Assembly: GCF_006345805.1 (NCBI RefSeq)
Contig: NC_043011.1
Coordinates: 66,104,464 to 66,168,463 of the forward strand
Length of the DNA stretch: 64,000 nt
Direction of reading: 5' to 3'
Origin: Octopus sinensis
Taxonomy: Eukaryota
In this document: one piece after another, positions 12,838-25,089 of the stretch
Position numbering within the stretch: position 1 is the stretch's first letter
Layout of the letters: each line of letters starts with the position of its first letter
Position numbers and translations under genes: made by a program
The notes under the pieces: generated by a model
What the model saw: the letters and a program-made list of their open reading frames with translations, nothing else
Databases searched by the model: none
What the model was told of the DNA's origin: nothing

Positions 12838-14898
12838 CACTGTGCAACAAATTTCAGGTTCAAATAAAATCCAAGACTTGTTTCTGGGTCAGAAAATTGT
12901 CCTAATTCTGATTACGACCTTTATTTCTCCAGATTAGGCAAAGTTTTCCTGTACCATAAACCACATTTTTTATAATATACTGCATAATATTGCGCACTGA
13001 ATACAGCATTGCAAATACTGAAAGTTAGAAGAAAACAAAACAAAAATGTAGTTTGTATAACAAAGCATATATTGGTTAAGAATTAAAAACACACCTGTCT
13101 GTTTAAACAACTTTTGTCCTTTTAAGCTTCTTTTGCGGGTTGTGATCTTCTTTTTATACCCCAGCAGTAGTCCGCTAGCATGCCAGGTTTCTATTTTCCT
13201 TTGAATCGTCGCTCCATCACTGAAATATGCTGATGGAACCTTTCGCCATGTTCATCACTCACATCACCAAGATTTTCCGCAAAAACATCCAAATGAGAGG
13301 GAATCACCTGGACCTTTAGAGACATATTACATCCCATATCATGGTAATGACTCCGCAGATCATTTACAACTTGCACATCGTCTTCCGAACGATGGATGCC
13401 CAGGAGGTTATCGCTACTTGAATGCCTCAAAGGAAAGCTTCTCTTTTCTCTTGAGATGTGTCAAGAAGGTTTCAAGTACAAACCGTCTTTAAGTTTAGAT
13501 TGACTTGGGGAAGGGCACTTTTTCTGCAAGATATGCAAATGCGGAGGATTCCTTGTCCCAGGCTTCACAAATTGCTTAAACAAACCAAGTTTCATATGCA
13601 AAGGTGTTAAGAAATATTTCTATCACTTTTCACAACTGGTTTGTGCATGACGCTGTGTTTTCCTTGCTCAATTTCATCTCGGATCGGCCAATCCATGCAT
13701 ACATAATGTTCAGCTCTTACCTTGGAATACCATAAACACAGGAAGTAGCAAAACTTAGTATAGTCACGCTGAAGGCCAGTAATCAAGGCCACAACATTAC
13801 AATCTGCACAAATACGCTAGGTATGGTCATCAAACTGTATGCTTGTTAGAATTGCTTTCAGATTTTCATATGATTCTTTCATGGTTGTGCTATAAGCTAT
13901 GGTTATAGAAACCAGAGTGTTACCATTGTGTGGAAGAACAGCTTTGATGCTGTCATTGGATGCATCTACGAATATTCGCCAATTGGTTTTTTTCAAATGA
14001 TATTTCCAGTTGCTTAAAAAGTTCAGTGATGTCATTGAAAAAGCATAAGTCATTCTTCATGGTGAATAATGCAAGCAGATCCTCTGTACGTTTTCTGTAC
14101 AGGATTATCTTCACTCCTTACTCACGAAGATTACGTTCTTGAAGCCTTGACGCCAGAAACACATTTTTATCTTTGGTTAAATAGAGATCCCAGCACAAGT
14201 TATTTAGAGCCTCTTGAGAAAAGGGTATTGGTTTATTATCACTGTCTGAATCGTTGGGCTCCACACATTCACCATCGGAACGTTCATCAGCACTGCTGGA
14301 ACTGTGCATTTCTTGATCTGGAAGTATAGGCACGGGTAAATTTTCTAAGTACACTATTTGGAGCATTGCTGATTGCAAATGTGTGTAAACAATGTGTTTC
14401 GTTTTCTTTGCTGTAGTACAGTCTGTAAAGTCACGGTGAGAGAAATAGCAATCATTACAGTGATATTTCTGTTCACGCCAAATCATTGGCACACCTAACT
14501 TCATGTGAACATTTTTTCCTGTATACCAGGCATTCAATGCCTTCACACATGTAAGGCAACGCACGTGAGGAGCCCATGCCTTATCTTGGTCTCCTAAGTA
14601 ACAGTCAAAGTATGCCTTGTACATGTTCTTGATATGGCGTGTAATACTCTGCATTTCTTTAGCAAAAGTCAATTCCCCACAGAAACAACAGAATCTGTTT
14701 GGATCACTTTTGCCATGTCTTGCACTCATTGTTGAAAACAAATAAGATCTGAAAGATAAAAGATAGCATTGAACACAACCTTCGAAGTATAAAGTATTTA
14801 GTGATAAAATACAAGCACACAATAATAAACCAGAAAATATGGTTTTAAAAGGAGCATCTCAAATTCCATTTTTCAAACTCAAACAATTGGCATAGTGA
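12838..14898 (-). mobile_element. Decayed DNA transposon, Chapaev3-like (CMC group) transposase at ~13130-14729
   Basis: N-terminal Cys-rich FCCFCGE..GDQDKAWAPHVRCLTC..VPMIWRE..DCYF; later PLHMKLGLFKQFV and VSDEHGERFHQHISVMERRF; multiple frameshifts. Ends are tentative (CACTGTGC at 12838, GCATAGTG at 14891-98). The superfamily name comes from recalled motifs, not a search. Confidence 0.6.
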
Positions 14899-15482
14899 GA
14901 CAATATAAGCCATATACACCAACACACTTCTTGGATAACACTCGTAAAATATCTTTGGTTTTCTTGTTGCTATTCCAATATTACTTTCTTAGAGTTACAT
15001 AGTTTTTGTCTCCCACACTTCTTATGAGCTAACAAAACCAATAACAATATAAAACAAATATTAGCTGACGACATCTTACATGCTAATTTTCACAGTATCA
15101 TAACCATTACTTTCCCCTTTACCGTTTCTTGGTTTCAGATTTGTTTCTTATACACTCTCTGTGGTAATTAACGGAAATAGCACATGAGACATCTAAGATT
15201 AGCAAAGAAAGTGAAATCTTCAAGCATAATTTTAGCAAACACAATACCATATGTCAAAGAATTATTTTAGTGTTTCGCTGGCAACGGAATTTAGCTGGCA
15301 TCTTCAAAACTTGCACTAAGAAAAGGTATAAGGTAATATTACTGACTTCTTTTATAGCAAGTTAATGCAGGTAGTTTATCCCGTCCCCTACCGACTTTTA
15401 GTTCATGTAATTGAAAATAGCTGCATTATATATGGGATGACCCGTATATGTACATATGTATATGTTATTTCGTTTTATTATT

Positions 15483-15884
15483 TTACATACTTCAATCATT
15501 TGATCACGCCCATGCTAGGGCACCTCCATTTAGTCGAAGAATTCGTCCCCAAGGCTTAATCTTTGTAAACCCCGTACTTATTCGGTCTCTTTAGCCGAAC
15601 CTCTAAGTTGCAGGGATGTAAACACACAAAGATAGGCTGTTAAATAATGGTGTTGTAGAAATACAGACACAAAGACTCACTCATAAATAAACAAACACCC
15701 GCTCGCGGGTATACACATGCACGACAGGCTTCTTTTCAGTTTCCGTATGTCGAATCCACTCACAAGGCATTGGTCGGTTCGAAGCTACATTTGAAGCCAC
15801 TATCGAATGTGCCAGGCACTGGTACTGAACTCGAAACCATGTGGTCGAGAAACAAGCCTGTTACCACACAGCAAGACCTGCGCC
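15483..15884 (-). mobile_element. Old tRNA-derived SINE (octopus OK/OR-type)
   Basis: Reverse complement resembles 43418-43817 (head GGCGCAGG..TGGTAA..GAGTTCAGTACC, body GAGTGGATTCGAC..GGAAACTGAAAAGAAGCC). Confidence 0.75.
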
Positions 15885-15885
15885 A

Positions 15886-15918
<33 letters not shown>

Positions 15919-15987
15919 CACACATACACACACACGCACACACACAAACACACACACACATATATATATGTATATATATATATATAT

Positions 15988-16640
15988 ATGAAAAAACAAG
16001 TCAAAAATAGAAAATGCTAAGATGATTTTATAGTGAATCTTTCAGTACCGGTTTCGGTCATTTTGAGACCTTTTCAACTGTAACGATTAAATAATTAAAT
16101 TTAGAAAAATTAGAAGAAAAGTTTTTTTAAAAGAATATTTCTGTAGTAGTGTTCAGATATAAGTAGCCTTCTGCCTTTCTCTGACTCCCTTGTTTGCACT
16201 TGTGTGTTCGAGGTCGTTTTGAGTTCTTGGTAGGATAGGTGAAGAATAATGAGGCTGATGTGGAGAGGGGTGGGGAAATCTGGGAATGCCTTAATGGTCG
16301 TATTTTGAATGGTCAGTGGCTGACAGTAGCTGACAGTAGTCGCAGTTCAATTCAGGAATTGTTTATGGAATTTGCGTAGGCGTTATACTGAAAGACATTA
16401 GCGACAAGGTTAAGGGGTGGAAGGTAGAGAAGTAGAAGAAGAAGAAGATGACGATGTTGATGATGATGATGAAGAAGAGAAGAAGAAGAAGAAGAAGAAG
16501 AAGAATTAGAAGAAGGAGAAGGAGAAGATGGTGGTGATGATGGTGGTGATGATGGTGGTGATGATGATGACGACGATGATGATGATAATGATGATGATGA
16601 AGAAGATGAGGAAGAAGAAGAAGAAGGAAAAAACAGAGAA
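15988..16640 (-). mobile_element. Solo 3' region of the Neptune-like PLE family found at 32.5-34.3 kb
   Basis: Reverse complement of ~33640-34290, including the (GAA/GAT)n tract and the F3 hammerhead; abuts (TA)n. Confidence 0.85.
16043..16080 (-). ncRNA. Minimal hammerhead, family F3, U3:A8 core variant
   Basis: Minus strand reads CAG-TTGAAAA-GGTC(tcaaaat)GACC-GAAA-CCGG-TA-CTG. Confidence 0.75.
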
Positions 16641-16859
16641 GGGAGAATATGAATGGGTGTAAGTATAGCTTTGATGGGGCTGATTAGTAATGGATTATAT
16701 GGAGTGTAATATTCTTATACACCCTTCCCCTCTTGTTTCTACGGCAGCCGTAGAAATTACTCACAGCAGAAATAGATAAAACATTCTACGAAAATTAAAT
16801 TATGGAACATCAAACATTCCCCCTGTACATGTTATGACAGATTTTTAAACATAATCTCA

Positions 16860-17285
16860 TCAAGTAATAATGAAACTTGGGACATCTCTCCAAAGTTTCA
16901 AAAATAATTTCGCCTTACATCCCGTGAAGAATTTAATGCAATGTAAACCACATCTGCAACACAATGCAAATGAGCGAATATCTAAGAATGAGTGTCGGGG
17001 GAGATATTATATGCACGCAGATTAAATTTCTTTATGTGAAATAAAATAATTATTTTCATAATCCACTTCACAATGTAATTTAAATAAAGTATTTGTTGTC
17101 GTAAATCTTGTAATCACTGAAACTTCAAATATTCCTTTTATAGGGGTAGCCAATTCCACAGTTTGTGATGCACTGGCAGAGTCTGTTTGTCCATATCAAT
17201 ATAAAGATTTTCTGGAGCCTGACCCCGGTTGTCAGTATGTATTATCGTCCTTTTACGTTTAAATATTCAATTATTCCACGTGTAT
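16860..17285 (+). pseudogene. Decayed coding-like paralog D
   Basis: TSNIPFIG..DALAESVCPYQYKDFLEPDPGCQYVLSSFYV; matches paralog B at C, P, Y, PD, C, Y, L and Y despite low DNA identity. Confidence 0.5.
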
Positions 17286-17329
17286 AATATACATCTTTTC
17301 ACGAGTACAGTCTTTATATATATATATGT

Positions 17330-19475
17330 CTGTAATGCAAGCCATATGCTACAAATGTGTCCCAGACAGAAAGGCCACTGTACACAAGAACAAAATCCCC
17401 AGAGAGAGGAAGATTTTAATGAGACGACGTACAAAAATTTCAAATCGCCTAAACAAACAAATTGAAAGCAGTGAAAAGTCCAGCCTGAAAATAAAACTGT
17501 TGGAAATTGAAAAATGTCTGCAACTCTCCCATGAAAAGGAAAGAGCAGACAAAGAAGCCTGGGCTATAGACAACATAAAATCTAACCCCAGAGCTTTCTA
17601 CAGGTATGCCAAAGAAACAGCTACGGTGCACTGTAGGATAGGGCCACTCCTTGAAAAGGATGGCACACTCACAGGAAAACCAATGAGGGTAAGTGAAATA
17701 CTGAATGAGCAATTCAAGAGTGTTTTCACGCCACCCCTTCGGCATTTCCAAATCACCAATCCAACTGACTTCTTTACCACTGCAGATATAAAATCAGACG
17801 CGGCGACGATAAATTACATCGATATAAAGGAAGACGATGTAATAAAGGCTATAGATGAAATGAAAACAGACTCAGCTACTGGCCCCGATGGATTCCCGGC
17901 AATCCTCCTAAAAGTATGTAAGAGATCCTAGCAAGACCACTGCAGTTCCTCTTTCAGAGCTTCCTTGCAGCTGGCAAACTTCCAAGAAACCTGAAGGAAA
18001 GTAAAAGATGCCCTATTCATAAAGGAGGTAGCAGAGCGGAAGCCAAGAACTACAGACCTATCTCTCTGACCTCACACATCAGCAAGGTCATGGAACGAAT
18101 AGTCAGAAGGAAACTGATCACCTTCCTTGACGAACATGACTTGCTGCCTGACACCCAACATGGTTTCCGACCAGGAGGAAGCTGCTTAACTCAGCTCCTA
18201 CAACACTATGGCTGGGTGCTGAAACGACTGCTCAACCACTCAAATGTGGAAGTGATATATCTCGACTTTGCAAAGGCCTTTGATAAAGTCGATCATGGAA
18301 TGATATGTCACAAACTGCGTGATCTCAGCATAGTTGGAAAACTGGGAGAATGGGTTCATGACTTTCTGAAAGATAGAAGTCAGGTGGTAGTAGCCAATGG
18401 AGCCACTTCCATTAATACGCAAATAGTGAGCGGTGTTCCGCAGGGCACTGTTTTGGGACCACTAATGTTCATAATGGCCCTCTCAGACATGCCCTCAGCC
18501 ACGCAGAGAGCCACGATTACAAGTTATGCAGATGATACAAAAGTTTCACAGGCAATACAGAACCCCGAAAACACTAAACTTCTGTAATGTGAGCTAGACA
18601 GTTTCAAGCTTTATACTATCAGCATGCAAAACTAAATGCAATACTCAATGAATACACTTGACCCGGAGGAATTGCAATCCCAGAGGCACAATTAGTGCGT
18701 GACCTGGGTATTTACATGAGTGATGACGCAACCTTTCGTGTACTTGTTCCTAAATTGGCAATGAAATGTAGACGACTGGCCGGGTGGATTTTCAGAACCT
18801 TTAGAACAAGAGAACAAGAAACCATGATGGTCCTCTGGAGGACACTTGTCCTAAGCCACTTTGACTATTGCTCTCAGCTATGGTCACCATCCAGTGTCAA
18901 GCTGATCACAGAACTTGAGGCGATCCAACGTAGCTACACGAAGAAGATAGCCTCTCTGCAGCATATAAGCTACTGGGAAAGACTCAGGAGATTAAAACTC
19001 TATTCCTTGGAGCGTAGGCGAGAAAGACATGCTATAATATACATCTGGAAGATCCTGGAGGGACTTATCCCAAACTTTGGCATCGAGAGTTACACAAATG
19101 CCAGAACTGGGCGCCACTGCGTGGTGCCTAGGACTCCAAATTTGCCATCAAGATGTAGGACAAGATACTGTGATAGCCTGGGCTTCCGAGGCCCACAGCT
19201 CTTCAATATCCTCCCGAAGAACCTGAGAGACCTGCATGGGGTGGATGCAGATGTCTTTAAAATGAAACTGGATCTCTTCTTGTCAGGTATCCCAGATGAC
19301 CCAACTTCACGGCAGGAGGTGCAGATGAGGGCAGCTGCATTGAACTCTCTCATGCACCAAATGGCAGTTGCCAAAAAGCATTCATGAAGTAAAACCATGT
19401 AGCAACACCAAATGGCGGTGCCCCAGCATGGCAGCAGCTCATGAGCTGAAACTAGAATCAATCAATCAATCATTC
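17330..19475 (+). mobile_element. 5'-truncated CR1/L2-group LINE (RT and C-terminal region), subfamily 1
   Basis: ATGPDG, YRPISLTS, YLDFAKAFDKVDH, GVPQGTVLGP, YADD, DYCSQLWSP, SLERRRER; a few stops and frameshifts; (AATC)n tail. Confidence 0.92.
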
Positions 19476-19487
19476 ATATATATATAT

Positions 19488-20708
19488 ACACCTTCATATG
19501 CCAACCTGGCGATGGGTTTCCTGGAGAACAAACTATACGATGAAATAGGGAAAGTCTTCGAACACGAAGACATCAAGAAAAAGTAGAAACGCTACCTCGA
19601 TGACTGCTTCATCTTTTGGAACAGATCAGAAGAAGACCTACGAACATTCCACAGCATCCTCAATACGCTGCACCCATCTGTCAACTTCACAATAGATACC
19701 AGCCACAATGAACTTCCCTTCCTAGACATCAACATCAAAATACACAACTCCATCATCACAACAGACATCCACTACAAAAACTGACACACACCAATACTTA
19801 AATTTCCACTCCTGGCACCCATCTCACACAAAAAGAAACATCCCATATAGTATGGCAAGACGAATATGTAGCATAGTAACTGATTCACAAATACGACTAA
19901 TAAGACTAGATGAACTCAAAAACTTCCTCCTAGAGCAAAAATACCACCTTAAACTAATAGAAAATGGTATCACAAGGGCATTAAAACTAGACATCGCACA
20001 ACTCAGGACACCCAAAACAAAAAACGAAGAAAACATTATCCCTTTTATAAACACACACAACCCTGGAGTTACCAACATCTTCCAAACCATACATTCAAAC
20101 CTACCAATAGCCGTACAAAGCCCCAAAATGAAAAACATATTAAACAAATATAGCATAAAAAACAGTAGACGACGGGACAAAAACCTAAAGAAACACCTAA
20201 CAAGAGCGAAATTCTCTTCGGAAACTAAAACGGATAATTGCAAAAGAGTGCGGAGATGGTAGATGTGGGATCTGCAGCAACCCCCACCTACAAATACATA
20301 GAGGGAAACAGAGAGATGAGATTTAAAAGCGGTTACGTATTTAAAGTAAATGCAGATGTGAACTGCAAGACGCAGAACGTTATATACTGCATAACATGCC
20401 CCACGTGCAAGGAGGATTAAAAGGTGAAACTGGTAATTCTTTGTGCCAGCGAGTCAGGATTCACCGACAACATGTTCGGCAGAGAGAACTACGCAAGATA
20501 CCACTAAGTCAACACCTAGCTACGTGAGGAGAAGGAAAGTTTAAGAACTTTCCCTTCTACAAATGTCCGAAGAACGACACCTTTTGAGGAGGAATATGGA
20601 AAGATATTTCATAGCTAAGTTCTCCCCAAATTAAATGGCTGAAATGTTACTCATCATACAATGAAGGACAAATCTTTCGATTTACAATGTAATATAGTAG
20701 AACATTTA

Positions 20709-20720
<12 letters not shown>
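19488..20720 (+). mobile_element. 5'-truncated Neptune-like Penelope element (RT C-terminal half, thumb, GIY-YIG)
   Basis: YANLAMG, RYLDDCFIFW, LPFLDI, HPSHTKRNIPYS, NVIYCITCPTCKED*KGET..RVRIHRQHV; frameshifted; ends in (TA)n. Confidence 0.88.
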
Positions 20721-20764
<44 letters not shown>

Positions 20765-20955
20765 TTTATATAAAAGGGCTTAGTAAAATAAATTACTTTG
20801 CCGCATACTGAACTCATTAGAAATAGCAGCTAAAAAAAACTTTTTTAAAACTATTTCTAATACTTAAAGAAAACCTCTCTCATATAGTGTTTGCTCAATT
20901 CAACTCACGCAAATATGGGGGTAGAGACATTAAAAAATCAAGTGCAAAGGTTATT

Positions 20956-21008
20956 TGAGAACGTACGTTTCAAGATTAGTCAAAGTCGACATTTCTATCA
21001 TCAGCTCA
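20956..21008 (-). ncRNA. Minimal hammerhead, family F4
   Basis: Minus strand reads TGAG-CTGATGA-(imperfect stem II tagaaatGTC..GACtaatctt)-GAAA-CGTACG-TT-CTCA; stem III palindrome ACGTACGT; GUU triplet. Confidence 0.7.
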
Positions 21009-21509
21009 GAACTCCCTGGTTTGGATTTGAAAACACTGAAAGTGGGAGCATACCCTTCGGCTTCCTCTCGCTTCTGAAGATCTGCTCGTAACTAACAGTG
21101 CCAACAAACTCAAAAATGCAAGCGAAGAATTTCTGCTCTCCCCTTTCCACCAGCGTGGGTTAAAATCAGTAAACACTATGCTTTTTCGGTAAAATCCGCG
21201 GCATTATATAGAGAGAGATGAATTATAATTTCAACAATTGAGGGTAAAAATAATTAATTAATCAATTTCACCAAGTATTCAGTATGCCAATGGACCATTT
21301 AAGGCGAATTCAAATTATTACATTATATAAAAGGCTTAGTAAAATAAATTACTTTGCCGCATACTGAACTCATTAGAAATAGCAGCTAAAAAAACTTTTT
21401 TAAAACTATTTCTAATACTTAAAGAAAACCTCTCTCATATAGTGTTGCTCAATTCAACTCACGCAAATATGGGGGTAGAGACATTACAAAAACAAGTGCA
21501 AAGGTTATT

Positions 21510-21561
21510 TGAGAACGTACGTTCAAGATTAGTCAAAGTCGACATTTCTATCATCAGCTCA
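21510..21561 (-). ncRNA. F4 hammerhead copy lacking one A of GAAA
   Basis: Same as 20956-21008 but reads GAA-CGTACG (1-nt loss; either a real mutation or a homopolymer error). Confidence 0.55.
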
Positions 21562-21617
21562 GAACTCCCTGGTTTGGATTTGAAAACACTGAAAGTGGGA
21601 GCATATATATAATATAT

Positions 21618-21651
<34 letters not shown>

Positions 21652-21664
21652 ATATATGTATCCC

Positions 21665-21699
<35 letters not shown>

Positions 21700-21703
<4 letters not shown>

Positions 21704-23976
21704 TCCCCTCATATTGAGACCGCGTGGCAGCACTTTGAAACCATTGTCACCGACACATGCTCTAAACACGCTCCGAAGAAATCTACTAACACAAACAGAA
21801 ACCGGCTCCCTAAAAAGAAAAAAACACTCACCAGGCGCATCAAAAAACTCAACAAAAAAATCAACCAATTAAAATATTCCGACACGCAACATCCACATTC
21901 AACAACAATGAAAAGACTAGAGCTGGAAAAACTTCATCTGCAGACTAACATGAAAACCTCCATTGAAAATCAAAGAGCTGTGGAGGAACAATGGGTAATC
22001 AAAAACATCAAACAGAACCCAAATGTGTTCTATTCTTATGCAAATAAGCATAGAACCACTGTCTCACCTACTGGGCCATTGATTGATGAAAACGGCATTC
22101 CCCAACACGATGCTAAAGAAATGGCAGAAATACTGCAGAAACAATATTGCTCTGTCTTCAGTGTTCCCACTGATATTGATGTGAGGGAAACGAACGAAGC
22201 TGACTCCCAACACAAAATCGCAGACATAACCTTCACTACCACCGACATCGTAGCAGCATAAATAAGGTCAAACATTACTCTGCTGTAGCCCTGATAGATT
22301 CCCGCCAGTCTCCTGAAGGAATGTAGATATCAACTTGCAGTCCCTCTGACCAACCTCTGGAGAAACTCGTTAGACGCAGGTTATATACCGAAAAAGTTTC
22401 TATCCCAGTCGGTCATCCCGGTTTTCAAACAGGGAAACAGATCCCTCGCAGTCAACTATCGCCCAATCCCACTCACCTCCCACATCATTTAAGTGTTTGA
22501 AAGAGTGTTAAGATCAAGGATAGCTGACTTCCTGGAGACCCACAAACTCCTAAATTCAAATCAGCATGGCTTTCGCTGTGGCAGGACTGTCTAACACAGC
22601 TCTTACACCAATTGAAGATGTACTCAAAGCCTTGGGAACAGTTCGAACTCTGACGTCATATACCTTGACTTCAGTAAAGCGTTCGACAGGGTAGACCATA
22701 ACATCCTACTCTCAAAATTGGCAAATTGGAATCCGTGGAAAAGTTCTACACTGGATTCCGTATTTCCTAGCGAATAGAACACAACATGTTGTAGTTGATG
22801 GAGTCCACTCAAACCCAGCAAAAGTCACCAGCGGTGTTCCCCAGGGAACTGTTTTGGGTCCGCTACTCTTCATAATTTATGTAAACGACCTTTCCAGTGT
22901 CGTACATCACTGCAAAGTGAAAATATTCGCTGATGACACTAACTCCAGCAAATCGTCAATGAAGAAGCAGACCGAACTCAACTCCAGTCTGACCTATATG
23001 CTGTGAGTCAATGGGCAGACAGAAACAAATGCACTGAATGAGGGAAAATTTGAGCTGATGCATTTTGGAAGAAATTCCTCACTAAAACAACCATACTCTC
23101 TTCCTTCAGGGGAACCGCTCACAGCCTCTACAATATCAGAGACCTGGGTGTAATTGTTGATGACGATCTCAGTTGGAGTGCACACATCAACAAGAAGGTC
23201 GATACAGCTCGTAGGATGAGTTCCTGGATCTTAAGAACCTTCCGGTCCAGAGAACAAGGTGTCATCATACCACTTTTTTCATCCTTTGTACGGCCACACC
23301 TTGAATACTGCTGCCCACTGTGGTCTCCTCGCACAAGACAAAACATCTCCAGAATTGAGTCACCCCAGAGGGCTCTCACTAAACAAATTGAAGGCATGGC
23401 TGCTCTCGACTATTGGGATCGCTTAAAGCCTTGAAACTTTACTCCCTCCAGCGTCGCCGTGAGCGGTACATCATTTGTACGATGTGGAAAATATACCGCC
23501 AACTTTCCCAAACGACCTAAACATTAGCTTCAAGGTTCATCCGAGACTGGCCACGGGCTATACGTCCCCTGCCAAATTCAAGATCACAAAATACATGTAC
23601 ACTGCAACATAATTTCTTTTCCTCAACAGGCCCTACCTATTTAACATTGTCCCGAGGGAGATCAAAGAGGAAAAGGATCCCATCAACTTCAAACAGAGTC
23701 TGGATAGATTCCTTCAAAGAATACCAGATAAGCCACCCATAATTGGATACACTCACCCAACAAGAACTCACTACTTGAATAAAACTGGATACAACTCACC
23801 CAACAAGAACTCACTACTTGAACAAACTGGATACAACTCACCCAACAAGAACTCACTACTTGAACAAAACTTGACTTAAACAGGATTCGAATAATCCTAT
23901 CAGGTGGTGCTATTAAGTTAGACATGGCCTGGACAATCCATCTTGTCGAAACATATCTAAGTTTATCTAAGTTTAT
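21700..23976 (+). mobile_element. 5'-truncated CR1/L2-group LINE, subfamily 2
   Basis: KQNPNVFYSY, NYRPIPLTS, YLDFSKAFDRVDH, GVPQGTVLGP, FADD, RPHLEYCCPLWSP; many frameshifts; (TATCTAAGTT)n tail. Confidence 0.88.
23745..23870 (+). repeat. Three tandem 42-bp repeats at the end of the LINE ORF2 region
   Basis: GGATACAACTCACCCAACAAGAACTCACTACTTGAACAAACT three times (14 codons, GYNSPNKNSLLEQT). Confidence 0.9.
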
Positions 23977-23989
23977 ATAACTGTTATAT

Positions 23990-24171
23990 ACATTATATTA
24001 TTTTGTAATTTACTTAATCTTACTTTTTAATTGTCATTTTTAATTTTAACTTTCCTATGACATGCAATTTTCAAGATTGTGTAATTGATTGTTCATTTTG
24101 AATCGATAAAAGGTGTTTTTTTTTCTAATATTTCATGTATAAGCATGCATATATATATGATATAAAAATAT

Positions 24172-24223
<52 letters not shown>

Positions 24224-24505
24224 GACATTGAAGGACACTTCTTTCGATTTACAATTTAATATAGTAGAACATTTCGTATATATGTGTATATATATATTGT
24301 GTGTGTGTATATATATATATATGTTGCCTGTAATATACATTATATTATTTTTGTAATTTACTTAATATTTATTTTTTAATAGTCATTTTAATTTTAATTT
24401 TTGACTTTTCTGTGATATGCAATTTTCAAGATGGTGTAATTTAATTGTTCATTTTGAATCGATAAAAGGTGTTTATTTTCTAATATTTCATGTATAAGCA
24501 TGTAT
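23990..24505. repeat. Duplicated ~165-bp AT-rich block (23990-24150, 24335-24505) interleaved with (TA)n and a piece matching 20660-20720
   Basis: Direct sequence match between the blocks. Confidence 0.7.
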
Positions 24506-25089
24506 ATATATATATATATATAGTGTTATAAATATCAACACAATTTTCCCCTTCCCCCTTTTTTCTCTCTTCCCTTCTCCAAACTCACAGACACCCACAC
24601 ACGCACACACACATACACATACACGGACACACACAGAGACACACACACACCTCCACAAAACGATCATAAATAGTGGAAAGAATTCTTAAACCGTAAAAAG
24701 CATTTGACCACTAAATACACACACACACTCTCTCACGATGATAAAAGGAAATATAATTTATGGCCTGCCTCCCCACCACCATACACTCAGTGACACTGTG
24801 AAGTGGCCAAAACTGAAAGTCTTTCTTTTTCTCTCTCTCAATTTCTCCTCATCCATCACTCTCTTGTACTGTCTTATATTTCTCCTCACCATTACAAACT
24901 CTTTAAAATGGTCAAAACTCCTCACACAGGAACTTAGTTTGATTTGAAAACACCACTAGAATGGGAGAAAGCATTAATGATCTAAGTGATATGATATATA
25001 TATAAAAAATATAATATACAAAAGGAATATTTGTAAATATAAACCATCCGATTTTCTTATTACCTCATTTCTACTAATATATATATAAA

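Larger units (their letters stand above)
20766..21605 (-). repeat. Two ~285-bp direct repeats (20766-21055, 21325-21605) around a ~270-bp spacer, each carrying an F4 hammerhead
   Basis: Near-identical blocks starting ATAAAAGG(G)CTTAGTAAAATAAATTAC and ending GAAAGTGGGAGCATA; flanked by (TA)n. Confidence 0.88.

Noticed and set aside
20515-20535. In-frame TGA at a likely Cys position in the GIY-YIG domain (possible selenocysteine, as in some PLEs)
   Set aside because: The same copy has TAA/TAG stops and frameshifts and no SECIS was recognised; the stops in the Naiad-like element are TAG.
24900-24970. GTGAGGA-containing segment aligned to the F4 hammerhead position on the minus strand
   Set aside because: The core is mutated and there is no GAAA or stem III; at most a dead remnant.
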